DNA of 48,680 bases, taken from NCBI RefSeq assembly GCF_000485595.1, contig NW_014577076.1, positions 930,727 to 979,406 on the forward strand, read 5' to 3'. The stretch's first letter is position 1; the number at the start of each line of letters is the position of its first letter. Shown here piece by piece: positions 38,941 through 48,680 of this stretch. A model generated the notes under the pieces. That model saw nothing but the letters and a program-made list of their open reading frames with translations, ran no database searches and had not been told where the DNA came from. The stretch comes from Priapulus caudatus (Eukaryota). The translations under genes and the position numbers were made by a program.

Positions 38941-41900
38941 CGATAGAAAGATACAGGCGGGCAGAGTAGGGGATAGCGACAGATATACAGATAGTGGTGA
39001 GGATATAAGAACACGTATCTCGTTACATAATCGAGGTATATCTATACACTCGTGATAAAACAGCTATGATAATTATAAACACGCCAACACAATTAATAAT
39101 TTTGTGTCATTTACAAATATGTTATAGAACCTATTCCATAGTTTATTCGTCGTTATTACGTTTCATTCATCTCAATGATTAGTGTTCTTTAACTTGAGGC
39201 AAAGGCTCTACACACAGGAGCTATCCAAAGGTAGTGTTTAGATGAGGACATGCGATACGAGGACGACCAAGCATGATATACATACAGAAAGTCAATACTA
39301 CCCCTTTGGCGATAGGTTGAAATATTGTCACGAATAAACCCCATGCAGATTCACTTTATTCGAGCGAACGCATGTTTACCTCTTCATTCATGCTGGTGGT
39401 TAGCCCATCTTTTTAAATAAATAAATAAATAATTCATTAATTAAATAATAATAAAATCTAGCACAGCGGAAGAGGCCGCAGAAATAGTGGCATACAATTC
39501 TCAAGCAGAGTGTGCCTATGCGTTTGCGTGTGCGTGCGCCTGTGCGTGTATGCGTGTGTACGTGTGCGTGATCGCATACGTGTGTGCTTATGTACTTATG
39601 TACTTATGTACTTTCCGCATCTGCAACTGCCCGCGTGTGTGCGCGCGTGCATGTGTGCGTGAGTCTGCGCGTGGGCATGGACGTGCGCGCAAGTGTCACT
39701 GTGTGTGCGTGGAGTGATATATTCATGGGCGCGTGAAGAAGTTAGCTCTCTCTGACGAAAGAACTCTGTCTTTACAATAATGAATCCATCGGCGGCTCAT
39801 ACTTGATCACGGGCTATCATATTTAAGTGCATCGCACATTATCGCTTACTACGAGCTGCTACATGAGCACCTCGCGCCACCTCTAGGCACAAGTGAGAAT
39901 TTTTGCAGTTTCAGATATATTTCACGTCTTTGTAGGTGGCGCCACATTCTATTATTTAAAAGTTCATACTTTTTGAGATGCTACAAGGGCACATTTATAG
40001 TCATAATTTATTATCAGATGGAATATCGAAAATCTGAACATTGTTGACGGATTGTGATGTCAAGCAAATAAGACGACATCAAGCAAGAGCAGTAAAAATG
40101 ATGATTTTACACATATGTGCACATTCTTACAGTGCTTAGTATGCAAGATCGTATAGCCTGCACAAACGGACATTAGAATGCGGAGAGAATGCATGCATCT
40201 GCTATATATTGCCGCAAGCTGAGTATGGGCGCAACACAAAATAGAATTACCCTAATATGATCTGCTGGCCGATACATATCAAATAGGTTATGTTTTTTTA
40301 ATTGTTTTTAATTACACCACTATTAAACTCTCCTTGCTCGTATAATAACAGCACAATATTCGATAAATTTACATTCAAAGTCACCTTCACTGCAATGCAG
40401 GTTTTGCTATCGTGTGACAACGACTTGCCGCATGATATCTTTTTTTGCATTATAGCTCGGAACTGCTCTACCATATAAAAAAAATCTTTAAATTATGACG
40501 TCGATACGACACGTAATATAACAGATCTGATCTTCAACAAATAGTTAGACTTTACTGCAAGATGTTTCACAATGCTACCACGCGAGACACAGTGTAGTAT
40601 ATGTCACGGAAAACGTATTGCCGACTATAAATCGGTCAGCTATTAAAAACTCACGTGAGCTATTTATAGAGAGGAAACGTAAACTAGTATATATTTTTAA
40701 AGAAAATAAATTAACCCGCGAATTCCGCAAGACGCCTGTGACACAGCGCAGGCGAGACATGGCAATAAATATACGCGCTTTTTCTCGCTAGCCGCCGTGT
40801 CATCTCATCATTAGTGTGAGTATCTGTTACGGATAAAAATAAACTCATTGAAAGCACATTCCGGTGGAAGCAAGCGGCCAGCGGTAAATGTGTAATGTCA
40901 CCGACACATCCTCTCTACACGCGAATCTTTATGTCGAGTCTGGCAACTCAACTTCGAGTTCAATCAGAGCCATTTTCAAATAAAACCTGAACTATTTATT
41001 GCTACATCACACGGGGTACACACGAATGAGTCAGCGTACTCGAAATAGCATATGCGCGAGACAGCTGCTGATGTGTTTTCACTAAGTCGGCCCATATGTA
41101 ACGTATTATAATATTTGCCGAAAGGTAATCGCATTTCCTTAAAATGGAAGCCAGCATGTGCCTGTTAGAATGGTTTATGGCAGGTTCCAGCATGGTCTTG
41201 CAGCGACTCTGGTAAACAGGCGTTTAGTTGTAGCAGCTTTTAGTCGTTTATATGCCCTCAAATATGAATCTTTGTTTAGAGAGAAAGCACTACATGCGAT
41301 AAAGTCAATAGGAATCTGTAACAAACTTTATATATTAGTACTGTACATTTATTTTCATTGTTTGACAAAAGCTCTTAATAATATGCCTGTACAAAGTAGT
41401 TCTAGTAATGTAGTAGTTGATAATTTTTCCGTTGCTAGAACCAAGTACTCTCCATCCGCGTAGATCAATCTAAGGATAGTAATTTGATTAAATACAATAC
41501 ACAGTGAGTAAATAACATAATTACGCATATAATAAGATATTATACCTAAGATTTTATCTTTCCCCCAGGTCGCAACCTGACGCCGCGGGACCAGTGGTTT
41601 ACCAGTAGGCAGATAATCAATACAACCAAGGGAACCACTAGTGCACAATAACACATGCGTGCGTGCGTGCGTGTGTGCGTACGAGTGTGTATGAGTGTAA
41701 GCGTATAATTATGAATATATGTGTGCAATACATATTATATAACGGGTGATGAGCTTGCTTTGAATGTTTACATGCAGAGTTTGTATGAAAATCGTGAAGA
41801 AAGTAAGTTTATGGGTGAGTTTTATATAACTACTACCAACGCCAACAAAATTGAAGCGCCATAAACGAACATTTTTATACGCAGTAATGCACATGATACA

Positions 41901-42466
41901 CGTAATAAATATGTGGGCGTTTTACCATCTCACAAGACCACCTTAACGATTACCCTTTTTTATTATTACATATCTGACGTAAGTAGAGCGGTTTTGATAT
42001 AAGTGAAGTTGAAGTTTTGATATAAGAGCGAGTTTAAAAATGAAAAAAAGTCAAGCTTACTCTTAACAACTGCTCACAATACCCACGTCTTATTAGTTAG
42101 AGGTAGTTTACGTAAATCAACGGTCTACGGCCGTTTGCCGATTTTAAAAGTCGCAGAGAGAGAACAAATATATTTCACATATAGTTTAGAAATGTCAGCC
42201 TAAATAAGTGAAAAGAGGAAATATACTGCATCAGCCATCGTAATAGTATTGAGTATAGCGCGTTATTATAGATTATATATTATCGTAATGAATGTAGTGG
42301 AGTGAGTATACCTCCGTCTATATCAATTATATAATCAACGTATAGTTTAACACACAGACTATGACCATATAAAGACCATAAATGCTGTCGGCTTATTCGC
42401 TCTGTGTGCTAAAGTCAATTAACAGCGCAGCGTAGTTACATTCACCTATGCGTACATATCCACGCA

Positions 42467-42468
<2 letters not shown>

Positions 42469-42523
<55 letters not shown>
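42469..42523. repeat. (TA)n microsatellite
   Basis: Visible repeat. Confidence 0.95.
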
Positions 42524-42524
<1 letters not shown>

Positions 42525-43147
42525 TGGCTAGGATAGATTAAATACACATTAATCTTCAAAATTCGGTTGCCTATAGCGTAGCTCTTATAACTCATATAGC
42601 CCTGATATATTAAATTTTATCCACGTGGCTCTTTCAATATATAGATACACGATTAGCAGCAATTATTGTGGATGCACACATAACACGTTTACGAAAATAT
42701 TTATAGATAAATGACCAATAACTATGTAAATTACGATACATACACTGACAGGCGAGAAACCCGCTTTCTTTTCTATTAAAACCTGCATGAATAATTAATA
42801 ATTATGAGACGTAGCGGGTGACCAAGAAATTATGTCTATGAATGTAAAAAGACACGTTGCGTAGGGGCTGCACGTGATATTGTATGGGCTGTCGAGATGC
42901 GCGTGTTAGCTGTTACAACGCAAATAACACTTAGTGTAAAGTCTCGTTAGTTGGTGAGATAGGGGTCATAATAACCCCCGAGTGCGTGGTTGGCGTTACG
43001 CAAATCTGTACAATCCCCGCGCAAAAGACGTTAATCATAACCCATATCTTAGACGTTTAGAAATTTCCGCACGATTCTGTAGCAGCAACATATCATCGCT
43101 ACACCTACTCAACTGCCCGCGGACCGACACGACAAGCCTGCTACCAA

Positions 43148-43554
43148 CACAGGCACTTGAAACGTCTCAATAAAAAAGGTAAATAAACACGAAATGTATT
43201 TACTACCAAAGTCTTAATGTTTCTCTACGCTATTTCGCCTATTATTGTCGATAACTTGCTGTAAATGCCGTTTAAATGCTCATCTGCAACACACAAGTAC
43301 ACCGCACGCACCCCTGTGCACAAACAACAAGAATAATAGACTATTACTCTATTATTCTTGTTGTTTGTGCACAGGGCGTGCGAGCGGTGTACTTGTGAGT
43401 TGTGTGTTGCAGATGAGGATTTAAACGGCATTGACAGCAAGTTATCGACAATAATAGGCGAAATAGAGTAGAGAAACATTAAGACTTTTGTACTAAATAC
43501 ATTTCGTGTTTATTTACAATTATATTTTTTATTGAGACGTTCCAAGTGCCTGTG
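43148..43554. mobile_element. 407-bp foldback MITE (almost entirely inverted repeat) with target-site duplication
   Basis: cacaggcacttgaaacgtctcaat... pairs with ...attgagacgttccaagtgcctgtg; centre gaataataga-ctattac-tctattattc. TSD ctaccaa (43141-43147, 43555-43561), or 9-bp gctaccaac if the termini lie one base further in. Confidence 0.9.
43509..43533 (-). terminator. Candidate polyadenylation signals of the EH-like gene
   Basis: AATAAA on the - strand at 43528-43533 and 43509-43514, the first such hexamers I found after the stop codon (~240 nt downstream). Confidence 0.45.
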
Positions 43555-43773
43555 CTACCAACCCTCCCCCGGAATAATCTCTATATCTCACAAGATACGA
43601 GCTGCGTGCACGCGAAGGACAACGCAGCGGCGAGTGTCGAGAGACAGAGAGATGTGACGTGGATAAGCGTCACGTTATGTCCCGCTGTTATACATCGTCG
43701 CTGTCATCGGCGGCGTTACTGTTCGAAAACTTCGCATTTACGTGAGTGTTAACTAGGTGCGTGCGAGAAGCGC

Positions 43774-44466
43774 TTACGGCGAGTCACTTTCGATCAGGTA
43801 GAACTGCTCGTTCTGACAGTTGGGGTCGGCCGACAGCCCGCTGCTGTCTCTACATGCCATCGCGCACCCATTGCTGTCGTACGACTCACTCCCGTACTGG
43901 AACACGCACTGAACACATTGCTCCAAGCAGACGATGTACGGATGCATGCGTCTGCGTATATGGAACACCTGTAGGCCGCCACGACTGGCGGCGCTGACCT
44001 CAGGAGCATCTCCCATCATCAGGTCATCGGAAGCTGGCTGATCCGCCGACAAATCTTCGGACAACGCTGCGGCGGCCGACTCGGTCGCCTGTCGGCGAGT
44101 GCGAATCTGAGCTTTCTGCAGATAGGATCGCAGCGCCGCGCGCTTCTCTCGCACCTTCTTAATGGCGCCCTCGCCGGCGGCATCCTTGGCGGAGAATCTC
44201 TCGGGCAGGCGTTCATCGATTGCATTATCGTTCGGCCAGTCGATCGGCTTCTCTTTGCATCCCTGCCCGCCGCTACGTCCGGCAGTCAGGATGCACCAGT
44301 TTGCGCATACCTCCATGCTTTCGCGGCCCTTCTCAAAGTTTTCCCGACACAGAAAGCACTCCTCGATGCAGTCCATGAGTGGGAAGCTGTAGCAGAGGCC
44401 GTGGACAATGCACAGCGCTAGCACGAGGCCCGTGATCATCGATGCCGTCCCCATGATTGGCTTCAT
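43774..44466 (-). CDS. Eh: Secreted neuropeptide precursor with two tandem eclosion-hormone-like domains (230 aa, single coding exon)
   Basis: GC-rich ORF with signal peptide (aa ~1-27). Two domains with identical spacing C-x3-C-x2-C-x13-C-x3-C-x11-C (C33-C70, C180-C217); insect EH is C-x3-C-x2-C-x12-C-x3-C-x10-C. Cleavage sites REKR, RTRR, RRR. Acceptor-like tttcag immediately before the ATG. Confidence 0.85.
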   Translation of the reverse strand: MKPIMGTASMITGLVLALCIVHGLCYSFPLMDCIEECFLCRENFEKGRESMEVCANWCILTAGRSGGQGCKEKPIDWPNDNAIDERLPERFSAKDAAGEGAIKKVREKRAALRSYLQKAQIRTRRQATESAAAALSEDLSADQPASDDLMMGDAPEVSAASRGGLQVFHIRRRMHPYIVCLEQCVQCVFQYGSESYDSNGCAMACRDSSGLSADPNCQNEQFYLIESDSP

Positions 44467-47400
44467 CTGAAAGCGGACGACGAGTAGCTTTTAATTATAA
44501 CAGACCGACGCTATAGTGGTTTGCAAAGCTTTCATAATCGCACGCGTTTATCCATCCAACCAAAACCGGTCAACACGGCAACAGCCAATCGGGAAAGACT
44601 TGTCTGAAAGTTCTAAACATCGAGGATAAATCGACATGTTGTTATTCGTTCATGGTTGTCATTTTCTGCCCCAACTTTTGAATTCATCGTACACTATTTT
44701 AGCAATACAAATCACAATTATCTTGCGCAGTTCCTTTTAGACTTAAATCTCTTTTTTAAATTTAGAGAACACAGTATAATCGCGGATGATGTGTAGTGCT
44801 GAAAATGTTTTTAGTTGATAAAGGTGTTTTAACGGGAACCTGTAAAAACGTTTAGCGTTTAACTAACCGCTATGAATGGCTTCACGAGGTAACGTGCTTA
44901 TTTCACATCTCAGAGCAAGGTATCGAGTGTTCAGCATTCAAATCTAGAAACGAGAATCGTCGTGATCGAACTAGATGGGTGAGATTATTCTAGAGCTGGC
45001 ATACCTATGCGCGAACGGCAAACGAATCGGCCAAAGACACGTTGAGCGTCGCGGGGCATAGAGATAGAGTGGCTCGGCAAAAGATAATTACGTTAAGGTC
45101 GTATTGTCAGCACGCAGTCGTAAAGATGGAAGGCGTGCTTCGAATTCCGCGCGTCTAATCAGTGCCGCGATCTTGTCTATATACAACCACCGGCTGCCAC
45201 GACGCGGCTGACTTCAGCCCTCTAGATGATTGCTGCCAAGCGGGCCGGCTCATCCATCCGTCTTCCCCCGCACTCGTCTAAACCACGCACACATATATAC
45301 GGCCACCAGCATGCATGCCAGCAGCCCACCACCACCTTGACGGGCGCGCGCGCGAGCGTAACTTTATGCTCGCTATAAGCGTGAGCTTGCATGGAGAGTT
45401 TGTGTAACAGTGTTGTAATCAGCGATCGTAAAAATGCGTTGGCGTTGGGGGGCTGGGCGGCAAGTTGTTTCGGCCCACTCATTTATAGGACTTTCCGGCT
45501 CTCAACTACTTCCAGACAAGCTATGCTTTGGTCATAGCTGGCGGAGCGAATCTGTATGGCAAGTTGGTGCGAACTGATTAGGTTCCGGTCGCGCTGTGAA
45601 GCCAGGCAGCGTATAACTTGTGAAATCACTTTCTCGTGCGTTGAATTCCACGACGTGCAGGGAGTAATCGGATTAGAACGGTATGGTCTAAGATAAGTGT
45701 GTACACGTTAAGAAATCGCAAATCCGCAGGCCGCGAGTTTCCGACATTACTCACGTTGTTTATCGTCGGTTGATCAGCTCGAAATATCCAATTAGTTAAC
45801 CGAAATGACAAAGTCTGTCACCGCGTCGAGTAAAAACGAGGACCGTAACAACTCACAGCTTCTGTTCCTGTTTAGCAGTATGATGTACGCGCGCGAAGAA
45901 TGCCGACGATTACAGGCAGTTCAGCCACTTTTTTAATGTCATCGTATATTTATTTTTATTCACAATCCACAACGGGTGCAGTGCCATTGCGAATCTGTTA
46001 TGTTCAATAAGATTGATAGTTTGCATTAATTTCTCCTAGTAATCAGTGCAGCTGTGTTAATACAAATAAACGAAGCGATATCGTAGGCGTAAATCGATGA
46101 TTATTAGGATATTATTGCGCATATTATTTTCATATAGTGATGCGTGTTGAAATCGACACACCTTACTGTTTGCGCGGCTTTATTAACTTCCAATCTGGCG
46201 TAACTACTGTCGAACGCATTGGCTAATGCAAAAATGATGGAACAGTGTCCTTCATTAGCGTGAAAAGCTTAGTATTAAAACGCAATGCAGACACGTGTGT
46301 TTAAGATTCAGTCTCATGCAGTGACACTGAAATATACATATAATAGCCGTGAATTGAGAGACCGTGCCCGTATTCTACCATATACTGTGTGATTTCGGGC
46401 AATGGCCCACGCCTCTCCAGTCTATGTCTGTATATTAAGAATTTCTACTTTATTTTCTGCCCGTCTTCTAAAACTAACCACCATAGTCACGCTTACAATT
46501 TTAAAAATACGAAAGTCCAAAGTCTCACTTACCAGATTAGAATATTCTATCATTAGCAACCGAACTATACATTCTCTAACACTCACTAGATCTTTTAATT
46601 TCTCATCGTAATTTCAACACGCCAAAATAACAATCGTATAGCGATGGGTTTGTAACACTAAAAATAGGCAGACAGGCTACTGTTAGAAATCTCATTTACA
46701 GATATTACTAAGGATACGCACTCATACACAGATATAGCACAATGAATTTATTCTAACCTTTCTCATCTAAGCATGGCGTTTTGTTTTGTGTATCATACCT
46801 ATGGTATTTCGGTAAATCACTAAGGGTGCAAGCACAATAACTATAAATCGTACTCATGCTGTTGCAGTGTCCTACCTTTGCAAGATGAGTCACAGGACAC
46901 TCCACCACGGCCAGCACTCGAAAACACTTCCACACTCTCTATTCCCTGCCGTCGTACTTGGTTATATAGATGGCTTCAGCAGAGAGCGATCACGCGTCAG
47001 TCCAAGAGCCTGGCGCCCGCTGAAAAACGAAACACGGTGCATGTGTGTGCGTGCTCGCTCCTTATGGTGCCAATTCCGATTAGGCCGGGGAATATTGATT
47101 GGGAAAAGTGACGTCACCCTAAGAGCGAAAGTTCGATTACGCCGTTTAATGTGGAGCACATTGGTAGCGGTGGCGGCGGTGGTGGCTGTGGTTGCGCTGG
47201 TGTAGGGCTTGTGAAGAGGCAGGCTGTGATAGGCTACCCGTAGGTACTCCTTCGATAGAAACCACTTCGTCACTTAGAGAATAATTGATTATCGGACGGC
47301 GACAAGCCAGAGACTCCGGGGCAGGCAATCGGTCGAGTAACTATCGCGATGCCGCCATTAGGCAGTATTATTTTATGATTCCATTAAAGATACACGTTAA

Positions 47401-47514
47401 TGCTCACCAGGATCTGCAGATGCAATTATAGATATAGATATTTTATTAAGATAGTAGCAATAAATCAATAGACATGGCGCGAACTGGTTTAATGCTAGAA
47501 CGGTATTCTGGCAC

Positions 47515-47858
47515 AGTACACCCACACGCGTACAAACAAACACAAACACGCGCGCGCGCAGAGAAACACGCAAGCGCATTCACACATACATGTAGACGCA
47601 TGTAAGTACAAATACTTACGCACACACGCATGTGCATGTGCATGTGTGCATGTGCGTGCGCGTGTGCGTGCGCGTGTGCGTGGAGGTGTGCGTAGGCGTG
47701 CGTGTGCATGTGCGTGTGCGTTTGCGTGGGCGTGTGCGTGTTCGTGTGATTGCATGCGAGTGTGCGCGTGTGTCTCTCTTTCGCTCTCTCTCGGACTCTC
47801 TCGCTCGCTCTCTCTCGCTTTCTCTCTCTCTCTCTCGTGCGCTCTCTTTCGTTTTGTG

Positions 47859-47936
<78 letters not shown>

Positions 47937-47964
47937 TATGTGTGAGTTTGTGCGCGTGTGTGTG

Positions 47965-47996
<32 letters not shown>

Positions 47997-48030
47997 TGTG
48001 TGTGAGAGCGAGAAAATGAGAGAGAGAACT
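47515..48030. repeat. Compound (GT)n/(GTGC)n/(CT)n microsatellite
   Basis: Visible repeat; source of the HTHT/VCVC ORFs. Confidence 0.95.
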
Positions 48031-48680
48031 AACATGGCCTTTACGCTGTTGCTGCAATATCGACGATTTCCGTGAAGAAATGCAGGCGAATAGAGATAAA
48101 TGAACTCACTCCCGCTGTGTCGAGCGGGTACGAGCCGGGCGGCGAATTTTTTTTCCCCAAACGGTATAACATAGGAAGGATTTAGGCGCCTTCTGATTGG
48201 CTGGAATTTGGCAAGATGTCAGCCTCCATGACTTGTAGCCAAAATCCCTAATTATCGACCAAAAACTTTCCCGAACTTTCTGTAAGTTAGGTTAAGGTAG
48301 TTTTTAGTATGTTTTCTTTAAAACAACATGGGTTTGAGTAAATTAACCCAAATATCATGCTGTTTCTTGACTGATTTGCTTTGACTGAAGAAAATCTTCA
48401 AGACAAGAGAACAAACGCCGGTTTATGATAAGTATAACTTAAGTTTTCTGATGTATTTTCAATGAAAGACACATATTTTACTCATTATTATAACATATAA
48501 TATTACTATAATTGCAATTCTTTGTGCAAATGTGTTATTTTCATCTTAATCTTGAGAGGGTCTAGGCTTATAATTATAGCTGCCGAGTTTCTGGTTCTGT
48601 TTATGTTTGTGCTGTGGTCCGATTAGTTTACGTTTCAGCTGACCTCAGGGTTAAACACTAGGCTACTACTACGACTACTA

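Noticed and set aside
41545..41642. Degenerate tRNA/SINE-like sequence on the - strand (ggttgcgacc resembling a B box)
   Set aside because: No convincing cloverleaf or intact A/B boxes; tRNAscan-SE or a SINE library would be needed.
43746..44392. Overlapping + strand and alternative-frame ORFs at the EH-like locus
   Set aside because: Shadow ORFs of the GC-rich 230-aa coding sequence.
47149..47205. Hydrophobic stretch MWSTLVAVAAVVAVVALV as the missing rGC TM exon
   Set aside because: Comes from GGT/GGC low-complexity sequence and ends at TAG, with no basic stop-transfer residues or kinase-homology continuation. No phase-compatible acceptor gives an open frame.
47446..48075. 203-aa and other ORFs
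   Set aside because: GT/CT microsatellite translations.

Overview
Repeat-rich animal (invertebrate-type) genomic DNA. Most ORFs in the supplied track are microsatellite translations. Two protein-coding genes are supported. (1) On the + strand, seven GT-AG exons (27041-36966, all splice phases compatible) encode a signal peptide and the complete extracellular ligand-binding domain of a receptor guanylyl cyclase most like insect Gyc32E. The frame reaches TGA exactly where the transmembrane helix should start, and no TM, kinase-homology or cyclase exon was found in the remaining 11.7 kb. (2) On the - strand, one coding exon (43774-44466) encodes a 230-aa secreted prohormone with two tandem eclosion-hormone (EH)-like six-cysteine domains separated by furin-type sites. 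The known insect EH receptor is a receptor guanylyl cyclase, so the best candidate for an undescribed system is a linked pair: a double-EH neuropeptide gene lying either antisense inside an rGC intron or tail-to-tail with a secreted, ectodomain-only rGC. The rest is non-autonomous DNA transposons and foldbacks (some nested, some with internal TTAGGG arrays), a 40-bp micro-MITE family, mini- and microsatellites, and two assembly gaps with probably artefactual duplications. Family assignments come from recalled motifs; no database search was run.
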